This document shows positions 28,510 to 36,939 of a DNA stretch of 64,000 bases, piece after piece. The DNA comes from Candidatus Parcubacteria bacterium (GTDB lineage: Bacteria > Patescibacteriota > Minisyncoccia > Phycocordibacterales > UBA918). Location of the stretch: the NCBI GenBank assembly GCA_046050355.1, contig JBJOPW010000003.1, forward strand, positions 11,922-75,921, given 5' to 3'. The notes below the pieces were generated by a model that was given only the letters and a program-made list of their open reading frames with translations, did no database searches and was not told the origin of the DNA. The position numbers and the translations under genes are program-made. How positions within the stretch are numbered: the stretch's first letter is position 1; each line of letters opens with the position of its first letter.

Positions 28510-28753
28510 ATTTTTGTTTAATATCAGCCAGAGTATATGTATCTGGTTCGTCGTTCAAAAAATCAAAACTGTTCGAGTAGGCATTTATATTCGTGATATC
28601 ACTAATATCTGCACGATACTGGGTTGGAAATTTAATAAGCACTGCTTCAGGTTTATCATGGCGCCCAATCACAAAATTCGCACCCTCAGTGGCTACGAGG
28701 TCTACCAAATCAGCGATTTTTTTGCGTGCTGTAGTGGTTGAAATGATTTTCAT
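28502..28753 (-). CDS. Phd/YefM-family antitoxin (with C-terminal extension)
   Basis: MKIISTTTARKKIADLV...VIGRHDKPEAVLI matches YefM/Phd. The stop overlaps the mazF start by 8 nt. The annotated longer start (28813) adds 20 aa that are not conserved. Confidence 0.75.
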   Translation of the reverse strand: MKIISTTTARKKIADLVDLVATEGANFVIGRHDKPEAVLIKFPTQYRADISDITNINAYSNSFDFLNDEPDTYTLADIKQKYA

Positions 28754-28861
28754 ATCAATATTGTACATTTTGTACAAAATACTGCAAGTCAAACAAACAT
28801 GTTCAGTAAACACTGCCCAACTCGGATTGTTCCGGCCCTAAAGGGAACCCCGGAACAGTCT

Positions 28862-28880
28862 TTCGAGCCCGCCCCCAAGC
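28862..28880 (+). repeat. copy of tRNA-Phe 3' end (T-loop to acceptor), plus-strand orientation
   Basis: TTCGAGCCCGCCCCCAAGC is the exact reverse complement of 29121-29139 inside the minus-strand tRNA-Phe gene. Confidence 0.7.
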
Positions 28881-29035
28881 TACAAATAGCAACGACCATG
28901 AAACATGCGTTTCGTACAAACGGGCTCGACCCAGAATCGCGGTTATTTATTTCACTGCGTTCATAAACAGACTCGCGTTCTTGGTCGGCTCCTCCTCGTT
29001 TTGCTCGCCCCAGCTCACAAAACATCGTCCGGAGC

Positions 29036-29080
29036 TTCGAGCCCGCCCCGGACGACATACTCATGTCGTCCTCCCAAGCA
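29036..29080 (+). repeat. second copy of tRNA-Phe 3' end, split by a 22-nt hairpin insertion
   Basis: TTCGAGCCCGCCCC-[ggacgacatactcatgtcgtcc]-TCCCAAGCA. Confidence 0.65.
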
Positions 29081-29126
29081 CATATGAAAAAACTCCCAAC
29101 TAGGAGTTTTTTCATATGTGCTTGGG
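29073..29126. repeat. perfect 24-bp-arm palindrome spanning the tRNA-Phe 3' end and its trailer
   Basis: cccaagcacatatgaaaaaactcc-caacta-ggagttttttcatatgtgcttggg. The right arm is part of the tRNA acceptor stem. Confidence 0.7.
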
Positions 29127-29191
29127 GGCGGGCTCGAACCGCCGACCCCTTCCTCTTCAGGGAAATGCTCTACCAACTGAGCTACCCAAGC
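29119..29191 (-). tRNA. tRNA-Phe (anticodon GAA)
   Basis: Minus-strand cloverleaf: acceptor GCTTGGG/CCCAAGC, D-arm GCTC-AGTTGGTA-GAGC, anticodon loop CTGAAGA, T-arm GGCGG-TTCGAGC-CCGCC, discriminator A. Position 37 is G. CCA not encoded. Confidence 0.8.
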
Positions 29192-29235
29192 AGTGAGGCA
29201 CATTGTACCTGAATTTAAGTTTTTTTCAACTTTAA

Positions 29236-29691
29236 TTACTGCCCCTCCCCACTAGGAAATCGAACGCTTTCAACAAGATAAGAAGTCTTCCCTCTCCATG
29301 GCCGAATCCCATATCTTTGCGAATATTTTATCTCTATGATGTCGCCTGTCCTTGCCGCTTCTTCAAGCATAGAAATTAGCAAATAGTTATCGGCACTTTT
29401 CTCATCAATAGAAAAATCCCAACTTTCTACGTATGCACCACTTTGTGTTACCCCAAGACTACCCTCATATGTTTTCCATAGCAAACCTTTATCACTCAAT
29501 TTTACAACCTGTCCTATTCGTATTCCCTCACTATATTCAAAATCATAGGCAACTAAACCAATTGCAATTGGAATGAGGGTCGTAAATAGAATCACTGACA
29601 ACGGTATACATAATACCAACAACCATGTCCACATTGTAGATTTTGATTTTCTACGTTTCTTTTTTTCACTTATAACTTCTGGAGTTTCCAT
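29236..29691 (-). CDS. hypothetical membrane-anchored protein, AT-rich, upstream of tRNA-Phe
   Basis: 151-aa ORF. Basic N-terminus plus TM then a soluble domain. Low GC. Confidence 0.45.
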   Translation of the reverse strand: METPEVISEKKKRRKSKSTMWTWLLVLCIPLSVILFTTLIPIAIGLVAYDFEYSEGIRIGQVVKLSDKGLLWKTYEGSLGVTQSGAYVESWDFSIDEKSADNYLLISMLEEAARTGDIIEIKYSQRYGIRPWRGKTSYLVESVRFPSGEGQ

Positions 29692-29699
29692 AATTATTT

Positions 29700-29999
29700 T
29701 TATTGGCCCATATACGTCTCAATCAGGCTTTCTATGACGGTTGTGGGAACAGTAACACCATTTACCTCAATACCTGTCCCGGTACCCGTTGTGACGCCAA
29801 TAAAGGCATTGTACAAGTAGTAATAGGCAAGCAGTGGAATACCGAGAAGTATCGTGTACCAAATCACCTTAAAGATGAAGCGGCGGCGCTCACGCCGTTC
29901 TTGGCGAATCAAGAGCTCATTGTTCTGTCGCACCAGTTCTTGATTCTCCCGCAACAGCTTAATAATAAGCTCGTGTTGATCAGTTGGCATTGGGTCCAT
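29700..29999 (-). CDS. hypothetical small membrane protein with N-terminal coiled-coil
   Basis: 99-aa ORF. ELVRQNNELLIRQERRERRR then one TM. AT-rich. Confidence 0.4.
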   Translation of the reverse strand: MDPMPTDQHELIIKLLRENQELVRQNNELLIRQERRERRRFIFKVIWYTILLGIPLLAYYYLYNAFIGVTTGTGTGIEVNGVTVPTTVIESLIETYMGQ

Positions 30000-30008
30000 A
30001 TGCTCTCA

Positions 30009-31187
30009 TTATACATCCCTTTGCTGGTGCGCGATGGATTGATGTAGAAAGACAAACGCGAGCATTGCGAGGGTACCGGCGACTAGACCTGAAGCCAAAA
30101 AGGCAGTCTCGAGCGACCAGACGTCAGCTACCCAACCGATAACCGGTGACACAATAGCAAAAAATAATCGTGTGTAGAGTGAGTTTAGAGAAATGACGGT
30201 AGCCCGAATATCAGATGGTGTTTGTTTGTGAAGGAAGTCGAGCATAATTGGATGCAAAATTCCACGAAGTAACCACGCGAGAGACATCACCGCCACCGCG
30301 GCCAGACCAATCCCAAAACTAAGGAGTATAAATACCATTCCCACTACCCCACCGCTGAGGCCAAACAATAGTGAAAAGCCAAGACGTCGCTGCAAACGAT
30401 GCGCAATATACGAACCAAATGCAGTTATTGCATTATAAGAAGCCCAGAGCACTCCAAATAACACCAAAGGAACACCTATCTCTTGCCAATATGGTTGTGC
30501 CATCCAGACGAGCAATAAACCCGACGAAAATAATATGCCCGTAAAGATATTCATATGAAGAATAGTTTTGTTCTCATACAGCGCATACCGGAGTGCTCCC
30601 AATAAATCTTTCCGTTGACGATGTCCAATCTCCATCTTTGGTTCTTTAAGCAAAAAAGTAAGCGGTATCGAACAAAGCATCACAAAAAACTGTATATATA
30701 AAACCACCGTAACTGAGTACCAGCTAGCCAAGAGACCCCCTAAGATTGCTGCTGAAGCTTCTGAGAGCCGTGCAATACTGAGCATGCGACCTTCAATCTT
30801 GGTGTGTTTATCAGTAGCGTTGTATTGCTTAAGGGTGTCATACAACAAAGCTGAGTCGGCTCCAGATATAAACGATATCGAAACAGCTAACAATAACTCT
30901 GCGGTAGCAAAACCCCAAAAGTCACCCGATAACGCATACGCGAGGTACCCGAGACTGCCGAATACCATACCAATGACTAGCGAATATTTGCGCCCGAAAC
31001 GATCAGCGAAATAACCCGATGGCACTTCCAGTGCAACGATAGCTACCGAAAAAAGTACTTGGAGCAAGAAGACATCTTGCATCGATAATCCCACATCGAG
31101 CCAATAGAGCGTAATGATGGGAATCATCAATAAAAAGGCTCGAATTGCTCGAACTATGAGAAGAAGTGTAATTTGTCGTTGCATCAA
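30009..31187 (-). CDS. MFS transporter
   Basis: 12-TM profile; GYFADRFGRKYSL matches MFS motif A (G.a.DrfGrr). Confidence 0.8.
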   Translation of the reverse strand: MMQRQITLLLIVRAIRAFLLMIPIITLYWLDVGLSMQDVFLLQVLFSVAIVALEVPSGYFADRFGRKYSLVIGMVFGSLGYLAYALSGDFWGFATAELLLAVSISFISGADSALLYDTLKQYNATDKHTKIEGRMLSIARLSEASAAILGGLLASWYSVTVVLYIQFFVMLCSIPLTFLLKEPKMEIGHRQRKDLLGALRYALYENKTILHMNIFTGILFSSGLLLVWMAQPYWQEIGVPLVLFGVLWASYNAITAFGSYIAHRLQRRLGFSLLFGLSGGVVGMVFILLSFGIGLAAVAVMSLAWLLRGILHPIMLDFLHKQTPSDIRATVISLNSLYTRLFFAIVSPVIGWVADVWSLETAFLASGLVAGTLAMLAFVFLHQSIAHQQRDV

Positions 31188-31246
31188 ACAATCGTATCAC
31201 AAACCCTCACTTCCCGACTATTTTTGTGCTACGATACCCCGTACAA

Positions 31247-31318
31247 GCCCCCGTAGCACAACGGATAGTGCAGTCCCGTCCTAAGGGAACGATCTGGGTT
31301 CGATTCCTGGCGAGGGCA
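31247..31318 (+). tRNA. tRNA-Arg (anticodon CCU), with one C-A acceptor mismatch and one anticodon-stem mismatch
   Basis: GCCCCCG-TA-GCAC-AACGGATA-GTGC-A-GTCCC-GTCCTAA-GGGAA-CGAT-CTGGG-TTCGATT-CCTGG-CGAGGGC-A, followed by terminator 31332-31368. Confidence 0.65.
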
Positions 31319-31331
31319 CACAAACGTAAAA

Positions 31332-31368
31332 GAAAAGCACTCTTTATCTAAAGAGTGCTTTTCTTTTA
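31332..31368 (+). terminator. rho-independent terminator after tRNA-Arg
   Basis: aaaagcactcttta-tct-aaagagtgctttt followed by CTTTT. Confidence 0.75.
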
Positions 31369-31523
31369 GTAAGCAATCAGTATTGCTTACGTACACTTGT
31401 GTGAGACGGAACGATGTTTTCGCTATTCCTAATGCCAAAACGAGTGAGTCGGGGTCGAGAACACTTAGTAGTTTAGAAGCGTAGCGAACTAATATACTTA
31501 GTGATTCGTGACTATTGTTAAAC

Positions 31524-31557
31524 AACAAAACCTTTCTGTTAACAGAAAGGTTTTGTT
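31524..31557. terminator. perfect 34-bp palindrome, likely bidirectional terminator downstream of the glutaredoxin gene
   Basis: aacaaaacctttctgtt/aacagaaaggttttgtt. Confidence 0.6.
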
Positions 31558-31573
31558 TATGGTTGCTCAAAAC

Positions 31574-31810
31574 TTACACTCCCAGGAGTTCCTTCACCTT
31601 GGCTTCATCAAATCCCACAATCACATCGTCTTCGATACGAATTACGGGCACACCCATCTGACCGGTCATATCTACCATCTCCTTACGCTTTTCAAGATCA
31701 CTCGCCACGTCGTGTTCAGTAAAGGCGATGTTATGCTCAGCAAAAAAATCCTTGGCCATGTGGCAGTAGTGGCAAACCGGAGTACTATAAATGGTGACAG
31801 TTTTACTCAT
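31574..31810 (-). CDS. glutaredoxin-like protein (NrdH/Grx family)
   Basis: MSKTVTIYSTPVCHYCHMAK: thioredoxin-fold CxxC N-terminus, ~78 aa. The ATG at 31810 is preferred over the annotated 31855. Confidence 0.75.
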   Translation of the reverse strand: MSKTVTIYSTPVCHYCHMAKDFFAEHNIAFTEHDVASDLEKRKEMVDMTGQMGVPVIRIEDDVIVGFDEAKVKELLGV

Positions 31811-31845
31811 ATACAATTTCTTATGTTTATGACAATAAGTATACC

Positions 31846-32223
31846 TTACCGCCAAAAAATATACCAGGGAGGGGTATCCGGCGTTGGTGGTAGTGGTGTC
31901 ACATCACTGTCACTTTTCTCTTCATCTACAATGATCACCACCTGCTCGCCTGGTTGCGCAACATCAAAGTTGCGACGCATTTCAGCCTCCATTCCCCGCT
32001 CACTGCTTAGGTATTCAACTTTATCTTTGATATGTTCCTTGCGTCCGACTAACTCAGATACCCGTACTTCCGCTTCAGCTCGGCGGTTAGCCATGTCTCG
32101 CTCAATAGTATACCGATCAATTACCACCCACAACAAAAAAATACACACGGTACCGAGTATACCCACCACCCACCAGGATTTGAGCACGCCGCGCCAACTG
32201 CGCTTTTCGTAAAACTGCAACAT
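31846..32223 (-). CDS. FtsB/DivIC-like septum formation protein (TM + coiled coil)
   Basis: N-terminal TM followed by a coiled-coil (AEAEVRVSELVGRKEHIKDKVEYL). Architecture only. Confidence 0.4.
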   Translation of the reverse strand: MLQFYEKRSWRGVLKSWWVVGILGTVCIFLLWVVIDRYTIERDMANRRAEAEVRVSELVGRKEHIKDKVEYLSSERGMEAEMRRNFDVAQPGEQVVIIVDEEKSDSDVTPLPPTPDTPPWYIFWR

Positions 32224-32258
32224 ATGGTACTATTCTAGCATTAAATTGTTAGTCGCCT

Positions 32259-32372
32259 ATGAGTTTTCTCTACCACAAAAACACCAAGAAAATTATCAAA
32301 TGGATTTGGATTGTCATCGCCAGCCTCATCGTAGCCAGTATGGTCGCCAGCCTCTTCGCCGGCTACATGTAA
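32259..32372 (+). CDS. putative 37-aa single-TM small protein, translationally coupled to the downstream gene
   Basis: MSFLYHKNTKKIIKWIWIVIASLIVASMVASLFAGYM. The stop TAA is 1 nt before the ATG of 32374. Below the ORF-track size cut-off. Confidence 0.35.
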   Translation: MSFLYHKNTKKIIKWIWIVIASLIVASMVASLFAGYM

Positions 32373-32373
32373 T

Positions 32374-33015
32374 ATGATCGACACCGAAGCAACACCTAAG
32401 ACCCCCGAATCACTGTATCGTGAAGCGGCTATACTCCTCCGAAAGCTAACCGAACAAATGCCTGACATGACTTTGCCTGATGAGCCGTGGACTCTTGATG
32501 ATATGGGCAAGCCTGTACTAAGTGAAATTTTTACTGACATGGAATTTTTACTTGCTACCGATGATGATCCTGTCGCAGATCGTCTATATGCTGAAATGTA
32601 TAAATTATTCCAAGAAGCCGAAAGATTGCCTCGCGAGTCTACACCCAACGAAAGCGAACAATTACGGACGGAAGTCAGTGAGTTTCTGAAAGTGTACGAC
32701 GATGAGACACTACATCATCTCACTTTAGCTACAACCTGGGAATTAGCGAAGTCAGATGAACTAAGAACGTTGTTGCGCGACACTACTTTTAGAGACTTCC
32801 ACGCAAAAATGACTGAAATGGTCATGACTCCAGAAATTCGAGACCCCGAGTCAAGAACAAACCCTGAATATGATTGGTTCTGGAAAGAAATGCTCCCGCA
32901 GTTTTTGAAAATTCGTAGTGCTCATGGTCGATATATGCATGATGTCCTCACCCACGACATGCCAAATTGGACACCGCTACTTGATTATTGCAAGGTAGCC
33001 AGCAATGAATTATAA
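32374..33015 (+). CDS. hypothetical acidic protein
   Basis: 213-aa ORF, no TM. No motif recognised. Confidence 0.45.
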   Translation: MIDTEATPKTPESLYREAAILLRKLTEQMPDMTLPDEPWTLDDMGKPVLSEIFTDMEFLLATDDDPVADRLYAEMYKLFQEAERLPRESTPNESEQLRTEVSEFLKVYDDETLHHLTLATTWELAKSDELRTLLRDTTFRDFHAKMTEMVMTPEIRDPESRTNPEYDWFWKEMLPQFLKIRSAHGRYMHDVLTHDMPNWTPLLDYCKVASNEL

Positions 33016-33203
33016 TCGTCATCCTATCACGCAACACTTGCACCAAAAGACCGCCCTGAAGGCGGTCTTTTTGTTTATACTTCGTTTCGTGAAAGTGACT
33101 TATTTCGAGATGGATGCGAGGCGGATGAGCAAAAATATGAGGAGGTGTACTCGTTGTACATTGACTCATATTTTTGCTCATCCAACAAAGCAGACGCTCA
33201 AAA

Positions 33204-34997
33204 TTAGTCACTTTTGACCATTTTCATGAAAACGTCTTGGGGGATGTTTACCCGATTCTTGCCCAACTCGAGCGCCTTCTTCTTCCCTTTCTTCTGCTTC
33301 TCAAGCAGCTTCATCTTGCGGGTGATGTCGCCACCGTAGAGGTAGCCGGTCACGTCTTTACGAAACGCTGAAAGCGACCGAGAGGCGATAATTTTACCGC
33401 GCACCTTCGCTTGGAGCTTCGTCACAAACTGCTGGCGAGGCATGTTGTCGTAGAGCTTGTCGACGACAGCGCGCGCATCAAATTCGGCACGTCGTTCGCC
33501 GACGACACGCGAAAATGCCGTGATAAGCTCCTCAGCCACGAGCACATCCATGCGTACCACGGTCGCTGGGCGCATCTCAGCAATCTCGTAGGAGAGCGAT
33601 GCGTAGCCACTACTGGCGTTTTTGAGTTTATCAAAGAAGTTCCGCATCAGTTCACGTAGTGGCATCTCAATCGTGATCAAGTTACGGCCGTCTTTGAGGA
33701 CCTCGGTATCAATGATACTGCCTTCGTGGTCAAAGAGGAGGGTCATGATGTTACCAAGGTGATCAACTGGCGTAATAATCTGCCCCAAGAGCCACGGTTC
33801 GCGCACTGATACTTTCTCCCCATGATCAGGAAAACGTGAAGCAGCATAAATAGACTCAATATGCCCATCATCAAACGTTACTTCGTATGCAATCGAAGGT
33901 GAGGTAATAATAATCTCAATATCAAATTCACGGCGCAGGCGCTCGGTTACAATTTCGAGATGAAGCATGCCGAGGAAACCGCAGCGGAAGCCGCGACCAA
34001 GCACACCTGACGATTCTTCTTCGTACGAAAGCGAGGAATCAGAGAGTTTTAGCCGGTCAAGAGCCTGCCTCAGCATGGTGAAATCATCCTGGCTATCCGG
34101 GAAGATAGAGGCCCAGACTACCGGCCGCGCTGGCGCATAGCCTGGCAGTGGTGGAGCAGGTTTTTTCTCAAGCGTGAGGGTGTCACCGACGGTGGCTACC
34201 CCCGGCTCTTTGATGCCGGTAACGATGTAACCAATTTCACCCTCGGAAATCTTCTCACACGGCACTTCGCTTGGCGTCACCATACCAACTTCAAGGGCGG
34301 TGAAGCTTTTACCTCCAGCCACAAAACAGAGCTGATCACCTTTCTTTACTTCCCCGTCAAACACGCGCATAAAGACAATGACGCCCCGGTGGTTTGAGTA
34401 CGTGAAGTCAAAGATGAGTCCGCGGTACGCATCAAGCTCACTCGGCTTTGGCGCGGGAATACGATCACAGATAGCCGCGAGGAGTTCAGGTACCCCGGCG
34501 CCAGTCTTCCCTGATACGAGGAGAATATCCGACCGCTCACACCCCAAGAGTTCCATCACTGATTCGGCGATTTCATCCGGTCGGGAGTGGGCCATGTCGG
34601 TCTTGGTGAGCACCGGAATGATGGTGAGGCCTTGCTCACGAGCCATCGAGAGTGTCGTCAGTGTCTGGGCCTGAATCCCTTGTGTGCTATCAACAAGGAG
34701 AAGCACACCCTCCACCGCCTTCAGGGCACGCGATACCTCATACGAGAAGTCAATGTGGCCTGGGGTATCGATGAGGTTAAGCTGGTGCTCGACACCATTG
34801 TGTACAAACTTCATGCGTACCGGCTGCATCTTGATCGTAATCCCCCGCTCCCGCTCGAGCTCCATGGAGTCGAGGACCTGCTCTTTCATCTTGCGGGCTT
34901 CGACCGTCCGGGTCGTCTCGAGCATACGGTCAGCCAAGGTCGACTTGCCGTGGTCGATGTGGGCAATGATGCTGAAATTTCTAATATGGGTGGTCAT
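33204..34997 (-). CDS. lepA: elongation factor 4 (LepA)
   Basis: MTTHIRNFSIIAHIDHGKSTLADR G1 motif, DTPGH, NKID-type box, LepA C-terminal domain. Confidence 0.95.
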   Translation of the reverse strand: MTTHIRNFSIIAHIDHGKSTLADRMLETTRTVEARKMKEQVLDSMELERERGITIKMQPVRMKFVHNGVEHQLNLIDTPGHIDFSYEVSRALKAVEGVLLLVDSTQGIQAQTLTTLSMAREQGLTIIPVLTKTDMAHSRPDEIAESVMELLGCERSDILLVSGKTGAGVPELLAAICDRIPAPKPSELDAYRGLIFDFTYSNHRGVIVFMRVFDGEVKKGDQLCFVAGGKSFTALEVGMVTPSEVPCEKISEGEIGYIVTGIKEPGVATVGDTLTLEKKPAPPLPGYAPARPVVWASIFPDSQDDFTMLRQALDRLKLSDSSLSYEEESSGVLGRGFRCGFLGMLHLEIVTERLRREFDIEIIITSPSIAYEVTFDDGHIESIYAASRFPDHGEKVSVREPWLLGQIITPVDHLGNIMTLLFDHEGSIIDTEVLKDGRNLITIEMPLRELMRNFFDKLKNASSGYASLSYEIAEMRPATVVRMDVLVAEELITAFSRVVGERRAEFDARAVVDKLYDNMPRQQFVTKLQAKVRGKIIASRSLSAFRKDVTGYLYGGDITRKMKLLEKQKKGKKKALELGKNRVNIPQDVFMKMVKSD

Positions 34998-35257
34998 AAA
35001 TTGTTCCTACAGTACCGCAAAATAGCAATAAATACCAGTCGAGACAACTTACGACGAATTCATCGAGCATGGTCAAAAGTTCCTTAGACGACAAGTAAAA
35101 GTGTAAATTGAAAACAAGCATAGGTCACTTTGTTACTAAAACTTTTCAAATTACTTCAGATGCGCGGCGTCAAGGATTGAGAATTGGAGGCGAATTTTTT
35201 ATACGATGACAATTCGAAGGACGCAGACAACAAAGCAGCTGAACAATTTGGGAAGTT

Positions 35258-36937
35258 TTAGAGGATGTCTGGTTGAGGAGCAACAACATCAGTCTTCCAG
35301 ATTCGCATCTTAAAGGACTTGGTGATTTCTGTCAGCTCTGGCGAACGGAGCACATAATACGTAGCTACGACGCCAGCCACACCAAATAGAGCTCCCGTCA
35401 AACCTTGAATAAAGATACCAATAAATTTGTCTTGATTGACACCTTCAACGACAAACGCGAGCGCTAGATACGCTACGAGACTACCGAGAATTCCCGCAAG
35501 CAACGCTCTTGCAAAGGACATAAACAAGTTCTTCCACGGTAATGAGAATCGCCAAGAAAACAAACAAAACATGACAATCAACTCAATGATAATACCAAGC
35601 AAAAATCCAAGCGGTATCATCAGTACCTCGACTCCAACCACGCCATTAAGACGCAAGGCCTCAGTCACCAAGGTAGCAAAACTGGCCGTCTCCGCAAAAA
35701 GCCTTGTACAAACATATGCCCCCACTGCTCCAACTCCAGTACCCAAAGCGGTCACGAGAAGGGGCGTACGAGTCAAGCCGCCAGCGTAAAAAGCCCGCAC
35801 CAAGAGCAATAGTATCGCCTGCCCCACCAACGTGAGGACAAACAAGGCCAACGCCGCCGCCACCAGTCTTGTATCATCCCAATTAAATGATCCACTCCCG
35901 AGCAGTACGCGAACAATCTGGGCACGCAGTACAATCACGAGCGCAGTGATGGGAATCGCCCAAAAGATAATATGTCGTAAGGCAGTTGTCACATACGCCA
36001 CAAACTTTTTTTCTTCCTTTTTTGCGAGCAAATCTGCTAGCACCGGAAAGGCTGCTACCGAATAACTCATGCCAACAATGGCGAGCGGGACTGATTGTAA
36101 ATTGTAAGCAAATTGCAAAACCGCTACGGAACCAACAGCCAAACTACTCGCAATCATCACAAATACAATCATCTGTAGTTGCCCAAAAGACAAAGTTAAT
36201 GCCCGTGGTAATGCTACCTGCGCCACCGACCAAACAAGACGCCAGTCAATTTTCCATACCAAACCAAAGGCCAAACGTGTCCTCATAACAAGTGGCCACT
36301 GCACTACCATATGACCAGCCGCCCCGAGCACAACACCGAAAGCCAAGCCCGGAAGGCCCCAAAGAGGAAAGAACACCAGCGCCCCAATAATAATACCCAC
36401 ATTGTATAAAAGTGGAGACAGTGCGTATAAAACAAAGCGGTGATGTATCTGTGTAACCACCCCGAATAAACTTGAAATACCGAGTAAAAACGGCTGCACC
36501 AGCAAGATACGGAGTATCGTTACAATCTGTGTGTATGCTTCAGGCGAAAAACCTGGGAAAAGTTTTGGTACGATAAACGGCGCACAAATCGCCGCCACAA
36601 CAGCGACGGTTATATAAAAGAACAAAAAGAGCGAGAACATCTGTGCCAAGACGGCTCGACCACCCGCACCATCGTCTTCTACCTCAGCTCTGGTCACAAA
36701 CGGCAACAATACATAGACAGATAACACCGACGCAAATAACACAAATAAGAGATCGGGAATACGAAAAGCAGCATAGTAGAGATCAAGTTCATAACCAGCC
36801 CCAAATTGATGGGCCAGTATGCGGTCGCGAACAATGGCGAGCAGTTGTGAAGCGAGCGTAAAGAGGGCAAGGACATAGGCTGCCTGATGCAGGCCGCGCA
36901 CCTCACGGTACAGAAGATTAAAGACACGTGTTACCAT
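35258..36937 (-). CDS. murJ: lipid II flippase MurJ
   Basis: 14-TM profile; N-terminal region LASQLLAIVRDRILAHQFGAGYELDLYYAAFRIPDLL is typical of MurJ/MviN. Confidence 0.85.
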   Translation of the reverse strand: MVTRVFNLLYREVRGLHQAAYVLALFTLASQLLAIVRDRILAHQFGAGYELDLYYAAFRIPDLLFVLFASVLSVYVLLPFVTRAEVEDDGAGGRAVLAQMFSLFLFFYITVAVVAAICAPFIVPKLFPGFSPEAYTQIVTILRILLVQPFLLGISSLFGVVTQIHHRFVLYALSPLLYNVGIIIGALVFFPLWGLPGLAFGVVLGAAGHMVVQWPLVMRTRLAFGLVWKIDWRLVWSVAQVALPRALTLSFGQLQMIVFVMIASSLAVGSVAVLQFAYNLQSVPLAIVGMSYSVAAFPVLADLLAKKEEKKFVAYVTTALRHIIFWAIPITALVIVLRAQIVRVLLGSGSFNWDDTRLVAAALALFVLTLVGQAILLLLVRAFYAGGLTRTPLLVTALGTGVGAVGAYVCTRLFAETASFATLVTEALRLNGVVGVEVLMIPLGFLLGIIIELIVMFCLFSWRFSLPWKNLFMSFARALLAGILGSLVAYLALAFVVEGVNQDKFIGIFIQGLTGALFGVAGVVATYYVLRSPELTEITKSFKMRIWKTDVVAPQPDIL

Positions 36938-36939
36938 AT

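Noticed and set aside
28814-28900. Possible second complete tRNA on the plus strand at the tRNA-Phe fragment copy
   Set aside because: Only the T-loop plus acceptor 3' strand is present. There is no matching 5' acceptor strand, D-arm or anticodon arm upstream.
28789-29115. 108-aa minus-strand ORF
   Set aside because: It is composed of tRNA-Phe-derived repeat copies and a 54-bp palindrome. It is not coding.
31229-32212. ORFs 31229-31570(-) and 31508-32212(+)
   Set aside because: The first overlaps tRNA-Arg and its terminator. The second is antisense to the glutaredoxin and FtsB-like genes and has no motifs.
32241-32648. 135-aa minus-strand ORF
   Set aside because: Ser-rich junk antisense to the coupled 37-aa and 213-aa plus-strand genes, which have proper start contexts.
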